From Octopus vulgaris (lineage: Eukaryota): a DNA stretch of 64,000 nt. The translations under genes and the position numbers were made by a program. Shown one piece after another: positions 52,801 through 64,000 of the stretch (positions are counted from its first letter, which is position 1; the number at the start of each line of letters is the position of its first letter). The notes below the pieces were generated by a model. That model searched no databases and had not been told where the DNA came from. It was given only the letters and a program-made list of their open reading frames with translations. Where the stretch lies: the NCBI GenBank assembly GCA_951406725.2, contig OX597821.1, positions 16,678,001 through 16,742,000 of the forward strand, in the 5' to 3' direction.

Positions 52801-53309
52801 TCTTTGAGGCTCTTACACCCCCTTCTATTCCTATCCCTTCCCACATAATCTAGATGCGTGTCCAAGGTAGCGTTCCAATCCCCTACTAACAGTAAAGGTC
52901 TAGACGTACCCAGGAAAACCTCTAGACGTCTGAAGAAATCCGCCCGACCCGTTAAGGACGGTGCATAAACTGCCATCAGACGGAATGCACACCCATTTCT
53001 GCCATCCACGTCCAAGACAACCAGCCTACCCTCCGGGTCTAGGAATATTGCTCTTACTTTTACCTCTAGACTCTTTCGAAAAAGCACCGCAGTACCTCCA
53101 CCACCCATGTTCGGCAGACAGGGAGAAAAATAAATGTCAAATTGATTGCCAAACATGGACTCGAGGGCCCGCGGCTTACTGAGTCTGGTTTCACTGATAG
53201 CTACTATATCCACGTCCAGTGACTTGATGTCGTTTAGAAGGTAACCTTGCTTCCAAGCCGACGCCAAGCCACGCGCATTCACACAACCTAATTTAAGCAT
53301 ACTTGACAT
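49882..53309 (-). pseudogene. Tx1 ORF2 (APE endonuclease, reverse transcriptase, C-terminal zinc finger), disrupted
   Basis: APE: NARGL, SET, VYAP, GDWNA, SYLDRI, TDH. RT: KSPGLD, NFRPITLLNADLKI, LDQSKAFDRV, VRQGCPLS, YADG. Finger: CPRC..ETVLHALVQC. Frameshift near 52260 and in-frame TAG near 52213-52215. Confidence 0.95.
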
Positions 53310-53363
53310 TTACGAAAATTGTGTTTTACACACTATATTAGAAGAGACAAGAGGCAAGAAGTT

Positions 53364-55320
53364 TTAAAAGTTTCCTTTTTTTAATTTAAAAGTTTCATTT
53401 AAAAGTTTCATTTTAAAAGTTTCATTTTTTTCTTCTTCTTCTTTTGTATTGTTTTTGATGAGGTGTTTGTATAGTTTTTTCGACAGGTATCGTTGATACC
53501 CGCCTACCACATTCGGAAATATTGTTTTCAGTATGTGGTGTTGTGCTTGTGTTATGTGTAAAATTCTGATGTGTTTCGGTGGTGTGGTGTGCGGATGATT
53601 GTTTGTCTTAAAGTCATCTTCACAGATGACCATGTTAGATTTGATGTAGTCCATTAATTCTTTATTGTCTGTGTCTATTGCAGTTAGTTGTGTGTGTGGT
53701 TTTACGGGTTCATTACTCTTTTGGTTGTCTAGGGGGATGTTGTCCTGAGTTAGATATCTCCCTGCTTTACTTCCTTGTTTGGTGGATTTTTTGGATCTTT
53801 TTCTTTTACCCCCTGTGGCTATTTGCCATTCCGTCGAACTTTCGTCGTCCGACGTATCAGTATGGGGTAGAGGCAAAACATTTGCATTACTATGTATGCT
53901 TGTATAAATTGTTGATGTTTTGTGCGGTGTTTGTGTTGTTGTGGTGTTAGGGGTAGCATTTGTCTTCTCGTCAGTGTTTTCTGTCTTTTTAATTGTTGTC
54001 CTGGGTGTGGGTGTGGGTCTATTTTTTGTTAATTCAACATGTTTAATTGGTTGTGAAGTCAACGGTGATTGTGTTGGTACTGTTTCTTTTCTTGGTGATG
54101 TTGTTGCGGTTTGTTCGTTGGTTTGTTCTTTTTCTTGGCATTGTTCCATAATTGAGTGTGTTGGTGTTGGTGTTGGCAACAAAGGGATTTTATTTGTTTT
54201 CTGATTTGTTCTTTCTTGTTTTTTCTGTACCAGATCGCACTTGGCAATCAAATGTTCGGGGCTGCCACATTTGTAGCATCTAGGCTTTTTGCCTTCTACC
54301 ACAACATATAGGCATTGCCCATTCTCCAAGTGGATCTTATCCGGTAGGCTCTCGATAGAGGCCCCCTCAATCTGGATGGTCACCACTATTGTCTTCCCAC
54401 CCCAAATGTCGCCAAGGTACACGGCGGTCTCCAAAATATTAATATTTTTTAAATGGTAACAGATTGCCCCTGTTATCCATTTGTTAGGAAGCTCGGGAGG
54501 TACATTTTTAATTGTGATTCGACTCACTCTCTGGTTTTTGTAGTATGGGACCATGATGATTTCATCATTTCCCAGAGACTCAGTAGAGTGAGCTTTTGCC
54601 ACTTCCTGGTTAGGGAAGCGGACCACTACTGTGTTAAACTGGGGACCCTAGTTTATATACTCTTTTTCTTTCATTATGTTTTTTAAACATTTTTCCACAT
54701 CAGTTTTTGTAATCTGTTCATTTAGTTTTTTTGTTTTTTCTAATAATTTTATATACAATTGTCTTATTTTCTATTTCTTGCTTTATGTGTTGAGGTGTAT
54801 GCAGCACTAAATCTTGTCCACGGGTTGGAAAGAGAGCTCTAGTTTCTATGAGCTCTTCATTTGTGAATGTTACTATTTCTTTCTTCTGGCGAAGAGTGTC
54901 CGCGAAATTTACTGTTGTTGATTTTTTGGTATTAACATCTTCACTATTAGATAGTTCATTTTTATTGTTGTTCTTGTTGTTGCTGTTTTTTTTGTCAATA
55001 GTTTTCGTGCGAGTTTTATTTTTATCATTTATGTTGGTCGTGGTAGTGGTGGTGGTGGTGGTGGTGGTGGAGGTGGTGGTGGTGGTGGTGGAGGTGGTGG
55101 TGGTGGTAGCAGTAGTAGTCTCGTGGTTGCTGTTGTTAGTGGTGGTGGTGGCGGTGGTGACAGGGCTGTTACCGCACGTGGTTGCAGCGTTCATTTCACC
55201 GATATTTATATTTGCACTTAGCGCTCGGACGTTCTTTTTTTCTCCTATTGTTTCCAAACTAGGAAAATGCTGGTCAATAAAAGAACGCGACCAGCGTTCT
55301 ACAATAAAATTTCTAGACAT
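53364..55320 (-). pseudogene. Tx1 ORF1 (gag-like, CCHC zinc knuckle), disrupted
   Basis: 54718-55320 and 53364-54626 join through a frameshift in an A-run near 54725 plus TAG at 54648-54650; CYKCGSPEHLIAKC knuckle; poly-Thr tract. Confidence 0.85.
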
Positions 55321-55519
55321 TTTCTAATGTCAAGAAGAAAATTACAGAAATGAAATGGGGTTGAAACTGCCCCTAGGGGCGAATTCCTCCCTTGGAAAAG
55401 CACTCAAACGAAAGTTGGGTGCCTTACACAACTTATTTACAAAAATGTTCACAAAAATTGAGCTATAAATAGTCAAAATAAACGATTACCTTCGGAGCCG
55501 AACTGACATCACGTCCGTC

Positions 55520-55800
<281 letters not shown>

Positions 55801-56104
55801 GCAGACATGCAAACAGTTAGATAGTCTGTCAGTCGAATTATAGGGATGTTACGCTGAAGAATTACTTAATCATTTTTGCAGAGCACATATATTTTAACAA
55901 AACTAGTGATAGATTTTGAAGATTTTTGCCTTTCTTTATATATCGGACTGTAGTATATTTAGTTTTTATTTTAGATTTATACAGTCTCTGGAAAGTTTGT
56001 TTCTTCATGGCATCTGTAGCTATTTTTCAAGATAGTTTGGTTGTAAGATATGTCAAAGTTAGCCACGGTGTTGACTTACTTTAGGTACATTAGGCTATAT
56101 GTTA

Positions 56105-56509
56105 GGCGCAGGAGTGGCTGTGTGGTAAGTAGCTTGCTAACCAACCTCATGGTTCTGAGTTCAGTCCCACTGCGTGGCATCTTGGGCAAGTGTCTTCTGC
56201 TATAGCCCCGGGCCGACCAATGCCTTGTGTGTGGATTTGGTAGACGGAAACTGAAAGAAGCCTGTCGTATATATGTATATATATATATATGTGTGTGTGT
56301 TTGTGTTTATCCCACTAGCATTGCTTGACAACGATGCTGGTGTGTTTACGTCCCCGTCACTTAGCGGTTCGGCAAAAGAGGCCGATAGAATAAGTATCGG
56401 GCTTACAAAGAATAAGTCCCGGGGTCGATTTGCTCGACTAAAGGCGATGCTCCAGCATGGCCGCAGTCAAATGACTGAAACAAGTAAAAGAGTAAAAGAG
56501 TAAAGAGTA
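56105..56509 (+). mobile_element. tRNA-derived SINE, full length (commonest family in the window)
   Basis: Head ggcgcaggagtggctgtgtggtaag...gagttcagtccc, internal TA/TG tract, (GTAAAAGA)n tail; at least 7 related copies in the window. Confidence 0.95.
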
Positions 56510-56714
56510 TAATATAATAATAGAAATGAAGTTATTGTATGCGGCGTCAAATGCATTGTAGCTTGCATAAGAGAGAAGATAGAAATGCAACCATAAATGA
56601 AGTAAAGAGAGAGAGGAATGAAAGCCAAATACGCATGCCATACACAGAATAAAGCACTGAAAATAAAACACAAAATTTGAAGAATAAAAGTGCCACAAAG
56701 AAGAAAGAATGCAT

Positions 56715-56950
56715 AGGCACGTCAGAAGTAATGTTGACGAATTTGGCGAAGCATGGAATTTTTGATGTTTGAAGGATCGTAATAGCTCACTGCCACAGTT
56801 AGACTGTCACATGCTTCGATAATTCTGAGTGTGGAACAATGTTCTAAAAGTCATGGTCGTTACGCAGGGTTTTTTTTATTTTTAGGTTTCTTTCTTGCTT
56901 TCTGTTTTGAAATTACATGCATGGCAAGTATGTGGGACATAATGATTTAA
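56715..56950 (-). mobile_element. Possible CR1/L2 3'-terminal remnant
   Basis: Minus-strand TLRIIEACDSL resembles the CR1 C-terminal F..R....WN.LP motif; very decayed. Confidence 0.35.
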
Positions 56951-57348
56951 AAATTGTGGCCGAAATTTTTGTTGAAATAATGGTAGAAAGCTGTGTATCC
57001 TTGAGGGCGAATAACTGAGTTGCTGCCCGGGAGAAAGATATACCGGGCAATATTGCAATATGGTGCATTGGTAGAGAATCCAATGACTGTGAAAATTACA
57101 GAAAAAGAGATAGATTGGATTTTACACTTAGTGACTCTATTATCGTTTTTCAATCGGAGTTAGTCCCAATTCCTCTTTCAATCGGAGCCCTAATTGCTGA
57201 TAGGCTATGCATTCACTTCCTTCAGGGGATGAAAAGTTTATCAGTTACACTACTTAATAAACATTACATAAACACACGCACACACACACACATACACACA
57301 TATACACACACAAGCACACACAAACACATACACACACACACACGTACA

Positions 57349-57437
<89 letters not shown>

Positions 57438-57855
57438 GCTTATATGGGAACAGAACGTCACCGACGGTGCAAATGAAATGAAATGCGTAAACAAACGAGG
57501 GAAAACGAGTGAAATGCGTAAACGAGGAAAAAAAAAAGGTGGGAAACTGGACAAGTAAACACAGAGAAAGGGCCCTTCATCAGTTGTCGGATGCCTATCT
57601 ATTCCTCATTTCGAGCAATCAACGACAATGTGAGTCTTCAAAGACAGTTACTCCGTAAATTCTAAAAGAAAATTTGGGATTTATGGAGGGTCAAAGTTGG
57701 GAACAAAACAAATTACAGTGGAGATATACAAGGAAACCGAACGAAAACAAACATGGAGGGTCATTATACCGGAATGAGCGAGAGGGAGAGAGAGAGGGAG
57801 AGAGGGTGAAGGAGAGAGATTTGTATGTATGTATGAATGTATGCATGTATACATT

Positions 57856-58710
57856 CAGAGTTTGAGATAAAGTTGACTGTCTGCATACAAAGAGAGGAAA
57901 ATACGATATCTTATATAAACATAAATATATTTAAAAAATTCCAAAAATATCATCTAGTGTATGACCAAGAATAGTTTACTGAAAGAAGCTGCCCTCAGCC
58001 TCTCCCATGGTCATAAGACTACTCCGGAACCTGACCTATATATTCCTCTTAATTAACTTGCTGCTTGAAACATCCTCGAACACCTCTTTTATTTTGGTCT
58101 CCAGCTCGGCGTTGGTGTTGTTGTCTTTCTCATAAGCGTCCCACCGATACTAAGCGAAGACATTAAAATCGGGGCTTGTAGGACAGAAGCTGAGGGTTGT
58201 AAACTCATAGAAATTCTTCGAAAACCACTCATGTTTGTTTCCGGAAGTATTGCAAGAGCGGAAACATGCGTCCACTCATATGGCCTTCCAAAAGCAAGGG
58301 TTGGAATATTGACACCAGCAGTTTTAGATAGCCCTCTGAAATGAGCCTAAGCACTATTCATAAGTTGTTGGATGAATTCCAGTATGCTGACAGTGAAAAT
58401 GCTATACTGCGTCTCACTGCTGGCCACATCTTTATAGAGTCCGTTGCATCTGTCCATGTCACGTCTTATAGTATTTCTAGTGTTCATAGGATATTGACCA
58501 GCAGTCATGATCTCGGCACTTGGACAACTGGTGTGAATCTTCATGATACATGTATCTCTTTTTCCAATATGCAGATTGTTTCAACTCTCCTGTGCCAGTT
58601 ATCTAGAACTTTAACATTTATGCTGACCAACGCCGTTGACTGTTCACCCACTCATCAAATTGTACCAGAAGAAAATAGATATAAAATAGTCAAATTACTT
58701 CAAACGCTTT
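57856..58710 (-). mobile_element. Degenerate, internally deleted maT/DD37D-like transposon
   Basis: Minus strand: GRPYEW..TSGNKHEWFSKNFYEFT..SPDFN..YRWDAYEKD..AELETKIKEVFED..RFRSSL..EAEGSFFQ*, parallel to the 41178 element; weak inverted termini. Confidence 0.7.
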
Positions 58711-58713
58711 GTG

Positions 58714-58754
<41 letters not shown>

Positions 58755-58789
58755 TTGTAAGAGATTATATATGTATAAACACACATACA

Positions 58790-58849
<60 letters not shown>

Positions 58850-59542
58850 ATAAATTCCAATACGAATTTCTGTCACACTTTGACCACCTCTCTCATTATT
58901 CAGTGACACTTCTATTATTCCTCTTGTTCGGGTGAGAGTAACAGTAGGTATAGAGACGGTGAGGGAGGTAGTAGTTTGACGGTTGTGATAGTAATGGGGT
59001 GACAGTATTAGTATAAGGTGTAGTTGTGATACAGGCGGAGGCGATGGTGATGATGATGGTGGTGGTGGTGGTAGTGTCGGTGATGGTCACCGGGAAATTT
59101 AGGTATAACGTTGATAGTAAATGATGTGAAAGACAGTAGTGGAGGAGAAGGCGGCGAAGTCATAGGTGTTGATGGTGGTGGCGTCAGGAGTCTGAATGGC
59201 GTGTGTATGCCAGTTGTAGTGGCGATGGTCGTGATATTGATGACGGTGATAATTGAAACCAATTATCAGAAAGAGAGATAGAGAAAGAAAGAAAGAAAGA
59301 AAGCGGTTTGACAGAAGAAAATATATACTGCACCCCCACTTCCGAATTGGAAGACAAAAAATTGTTTATCATGCAGCGTTGCAATATGCTCCAAGTCGAC
59401 AAATTATATCATTGTTTTGATGAAAATTGCTCATTACTTGAAAAACATTGGTCAAGATTAATAAAATATTTATATGTAATCAAAGTGTCATTGTGGGGTA
59501 CAATACACAATGCTGAGCTCTCAACCGGACGGTTTTAAGGTA

Positions 59543-59605
<63 letters not shown>

Positions 59606-59942
59606 GCAGTATTGTCGCCAACTAACATTAAGGCATCTACGAACTTTAGGTTAGTTAAAACACAGTTGTGATATATTTCAGCTTCTAAGCGCAAATTCAC
59701 TCCCACTACAATGGAGTAAATTTTATGGTCAAAAAGTTTTTAAAAACCTCAGCAGAGTTATCTATCTTTGGTATTCACGATTAATAATGAAGCTGCCTCT
59801 ACGAATCTGACAGGAAGCAATATTGGGCAAATATGGTGCTTTTATCATAAAACGGAACTTTTTTCGTTTGAGATAACTGCAGTGGATCTGCCTTTACAAG
59901 TTTAAATATGTTACATATTTCACCGAACCTAAAGTTCGACTA

Positions 59943-60060
59943 TCTTATATATAAATGACAATTTTTGTCTGTCTAACTGTTACCGTCTTGCAGGCTACAC
60001 CATTGAACCAATCTTCACGAAACTTTGCATACATGTTAATTATACGCTAATAGGATTTAA
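59943..60060 (+). mobile_element. Possible Helitron-type 5' end
   Basis: A|TCTTATATATAAA, tgtctgtc, aaccaatcttcacgaaactttgcatac resemble non-autonomous Helitron 5' ends. No clear 3' end; only a partial cccggcaac at about 61562. Confidence 0.45.
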
Positions 60061-60474
60061 ATAAATATCTATAATGGGTCCAACCACAACCTAAGAGGAG
60101 CTGGGCTATTATTTGATAAAATGAGTAGGGTGCAAAAAGTGTTAGTGCAAGGGAAATATAGTGGCATAGTGAATGTAACTGATATCAGGGAAGGGAAGAA
60201 CAGCATTGTGTAAGTAACAAATATGGAATGACAGTGGGATGTAACGTTAATACAGCTGTCATATACACACAACGCTGTATACATTCTTTCATAAATGCAT
60301 ATATACATGCACGCACACACTGCACACACTCACACAATCTGCATACAGACACACACTCACTGCACACACACATGCACATAAGTACTTTTAAACCGCACTT
60401 TTAAATAGCTTAAAGGAGGGAGGGAATAGGTAGCTTTTCTATTGCCCATCGCAAAGAAACACTGACACACTGAT

Positions 60475-60527
<53 letters not shown>

Positions 60528-61763
60528 TATGTACGTACATACATGCATGCATACATACATACATACAAATATATGTCTATTGTTCACCATTGTAAACTCG
60601 TTATTACCTGTGTGTAAGTTTGCAAATGTGGGTGTGTGTGTGTGCGTCACGTCCTATAACTGTCTGTCTCTCTACTTTTGTTTGGTCCTCCCTGTTGCTG
60701 TTACATATTGCGAAATTTCAAAATTACGCAAAAATTTTGAAATTTGTTATTTTGAAATAAATTCTCCACGTTAGATCCAATTTTGTTATTTATTTGTTTC
60801 AGAAAAATTGCAGAAAAATCTTACTGGGTTTTAAATTTAATCAATTTCACATAATCAGTAAACAGGATTTGGACGTTGACTGTTTATGCATTTTTGTATA
60901 GTCGCCTATCACAAAATGAATGCAAAATCATTAACGGGTTTGGATTTTTATTAACCAAACGAAAGCAATGCATTACGACGACGTAATTCATAAGAACGCC
61001 TGAAGGTTTAATAAGTTTTAATGAAAAAATTCATATGAAATGCTCGAACAGACATGTTCATGATTTAAAATGTTAAAAATCCTCAACGAAGCCTTTTTGC
61101 TAAAAATCTCACAAATCTCTCCTGATCAAAAGGCCTATCTTTCGGGGAAGTCATTGTCTGACATGGAATAAACAAAAATTGTGTGAAATATTATACAATA
61201 TTATATAGAAATATTTGTCTTCTGACTTTTTCTTACGCATGCTGACCACTGGTGAAAATTATTATTATTTTTTAATAATTTGTAGCCTGTATTTATACAG
61301 TTGAATATTCGATTCTTCGGCCGGGTTTCACGCTGTCAAATTTATTCACTGTGGTAAAAATGTGACTAGGAGCGATATTTTGAGGATATTTAATTTGAAT
61401 TCATGATGTATAAAGTTGGAACTAGGTATGCATGTGTTTTTTCGTTATGTATTGCGGATTGCTAATTAATCAATTGATTAACTAATTAATTGACGTAATT
61501 GATCAATGAGGTGAAAATCATGGGTATAAGATTAACTAATTTCTTTCATTCATTTAAATATCCCGGCAACCTACAAGCAACGTGCCTTTATAGGAGAATC
61601 TTTCTTTTCGTGGTATGGGTCTTGACTGCCCATTTTAGCATGTAATAAATTCATATGATTGATTCCTCTCCGTGTATGAAATCTTATGCACTATGATATA
61701 TATATATAAGAAATTAAAAAAGGAAAATACGCACACTTAAATGGTTTTAATATAATTTTTAAT

Positions 61764-61798
61764 ATATCGACCGGTTTCGCTATCGCTATTCATGATAT
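61764..61798 (-). ncRNA. Decayed hammerhead-like motif
   Basis: Minus strand: ATATC-ATGAATA-GC(GATA)GC-GAAA-CCGG-T-C-GATAT. 5-bp stem I, ACCGGT stem III, GUC triplet, 2 mismatches in the CUGANGA box; module sits between TA tracts. Confidence 0.5.
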
Positions 61799-61810
61799 GT
61801 TTAATTTATA

Positions 61811-61879
<69 letters not shown>

Positions 61880-62245
61880 CCATGATCCAACTGTACTTAA
61901 GAATTCATTAAATAAATTACCAATTCTTTCGTGTTAGAATATTCAATTGCTAAAAATAAAATAATAAAGAGAAGCAGTTAAAAAGTAATATACGTTATAA
62001 ATGAGATGTAGTAAGGTCTCAGTGTGAATGAATATATGTATATCTGTGTGTTTTTGTGTATGTGCGTATGTGCGTCTTGGGTGTGTGTTCGCGCGTCTTT
62101 TTCTGTACGTGTGCATATCTACTTTGCGTTTATCTCTATATAAGTATTTATGGATATATATGGATGTATATATGTCTGCTCCAATTTAATTCTTAAATAT
62201 ATACATATATGAATGTATGCATGTATATCTATATATCTATATATC

Positions 62246-62309
<64 letters not shown>

Positions 62310-63530
62310 ATACATATATATATATAGAAAGTGAGAGAGAGAGAGAGAGAGAAAAGAGAGAGAAGAAATTAAATATTCTAAAGAATTATTAAATGACAAT
62401 AAAAGAATTTCCACAAAATTCCCAGGAAACTTGTGTGCATTCAGTAGACGTATTCAGTTTCGTATATGTGTGTGATGTCTGAACTTAAACGCACGCGTAC
62501 AAACATACATACTTACGTAGGTATATATATACATATATATGTGTGTATATATATGTATGGATATTTTTATATATGTATATATATATATATGTATGTATGT
62601 AGGTAAGTAGGTATGCATTGTGTGAGAGTGAGAATGAGAGAGAAGGAGTGCGAGAGAGAGAGTGACGATATGTATATGAACATATGTTTTCTATGATTGC
62701 GTATTTTGTGTGTTATGTTTGTCTATTTGAGGGAAAATTCTTTGAACGATCTATTTCAATCAGCTTGTGTCTTGTGTATATGTCTATGTATGCGTGTGGC
62801 GTGAATTGAGACACGCTTCAGAGTTTGTGTTTAGTCCTACCAGATTTAGTGCATTCTTGATCAATGACAGGCAGACAATAAAAAAAACAATAATTGATAA
62901 AAAAAAAATAATAATATTAAACATTTCAATTCAGTAAGTCTCTTCTTTCTCCCTTACTTACCCAAGGGAAAAGCCTCGATATGAACGATAAAACTGTGTT
63001 ACTTTTCAGAGATCTGTGTTATGACAAACGTTATTGTTACTCTTTGTTCTTTGCCCATTTTGCTGATGTTGCTGTTGTCGCTGGAAACGTATTTCTTATT
63101 GCTGATAGTTTTATTTTTGTAGTCATTTTAATTTAGTTTCTATATAAACTGACAACATATCTCAGAGCTAAGCAAGAAAAACAGAATGCTTTTTTTTTGT
63201 TTTTTAGTTCAGAAAAAAAACGGACAATAAAATTTAATGAAGACTTTCTAGGAAATTTCCTTCAGAAATTAAGTTATATCAAATATTCTGAGATATATGA
63301 TAATGGACGCAGTATAAACATCAGCAGAGATGATTCTCTCTCACATATGTCTATAAAACAGACTTCAATTTTTTGTTGTTATTTTTCCTTTTTTCTAAAA
63401 CATGAATCTTTCAGCAAAATAAAACTGAAATCCTCAGGGCACGATTTCTTTAATGTTTATATTTGGTTTTATATTTTTATGCTTGCTTGCTATCGTTGTT
63501 ATGAGAGGCCTCGTTGTAGTAACTGTGGCA

Positions 63531-63703
<173 letters not shown>

Positions 63704-64000
63704 ATGTTTGTTTGGGTGCTGTCATTTTGCAAACGTTGCTTCGGATATATTTGTGTGTGTGTGTGTGCTTACATATTTATGCCCAGATGTTTGTCTGGTC
63801 TGCGAGTGTTTTGCTTTTGTGTGTGTGTTTGTGTGTGTGTGTGTGTATATGTGCGTTTGTATGCGCCTGGGTGTGTGAATGTGTGCATGTACACGTGTGT
63901 ATATATATTCGTCACGAAGAAGTATAGTTTATTTGTTTGAATTTCAAATCAGATTTCCAACACAGAAACGTATATGAATTGGTAAGAGGGGTAAAGATAG

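Larger units (their letters stand above)
49591..55519 (-). mobile_element. Full-length Tx1-clade (L1 group) LINE inserted in (GATA)n
   Basis: 5' end GACGGACGTG follows (TATC)n; ORF1 has a CCHC knuckle; ORF2 is APE-RT-zinc finger; 3' end AATAAAAACT runs directly into (TATC)n; 5929 bp. Confidence 0.95.

Noticed and set aside
50138-54686. Antisense and alternative-frame ORFs within the Tx1 element
   Set aside because: They are shadow ORFs expected opposite GC-rich or compositionally skewed coding sequence.
56105-56180. tRNA gene calls for SINE heads (also 19133, 34928, 44653)
   Set aside because: They have A/B-box-like motifs but no convincing cloverleaf, and they continue into a shared repeat body.
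57570-57650. Possible hammerhead on the minus strand (TTGAAGA...GAAA and a nearby CTGATGA) in a TA-adjacent module
   Set aside because: Stem II does not pair and the UH site is missing, so it is too degenerate to call, although the module may be related.
59308-59548. ORF with LEKHWSRLIK resembling a mariner C-terminus
   Set aside because: No catalytic motif and no paired TIR found.

Overview
AT-rich eukaryotic non-coding DNA, dense in microsatellites and transposon relics. I found no supportable host protein-coding gene, rRNA, tRNA gene or CRISPR array. The SINE families and microsatellite load look like an octopod cephalopod genome, but this is recalled similarity, not a database result. 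Contents: a cluster of R4/Dong-type non-LTR retrotransposons in (TAA)n (3.1-10 kb); a full-length but disabled Tx1-type LINE inserted in register in a (GATA)n array (49.6-55.5 kb); a complete mariner; a deleted piggyBac; two maT/DD37D-like relics; Tc1, CR1-like, RTE and Gypsy remnants; non-autonomous Helitrons; and many tRNA-derived SINEs. The most notable unexplained signal is a set of short non-coding modules in or beside (TA)n tracts. They carry minimal type I hammerhead-ribozyme-like motifs with a palindromic stem III (about 7 copies, from near-intact to decayed), and several lie next to long fold-back palindromes. This is the architecture known from Penelope-like element termini and retrozymes. 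Boundaries of decayed elements are approximate.
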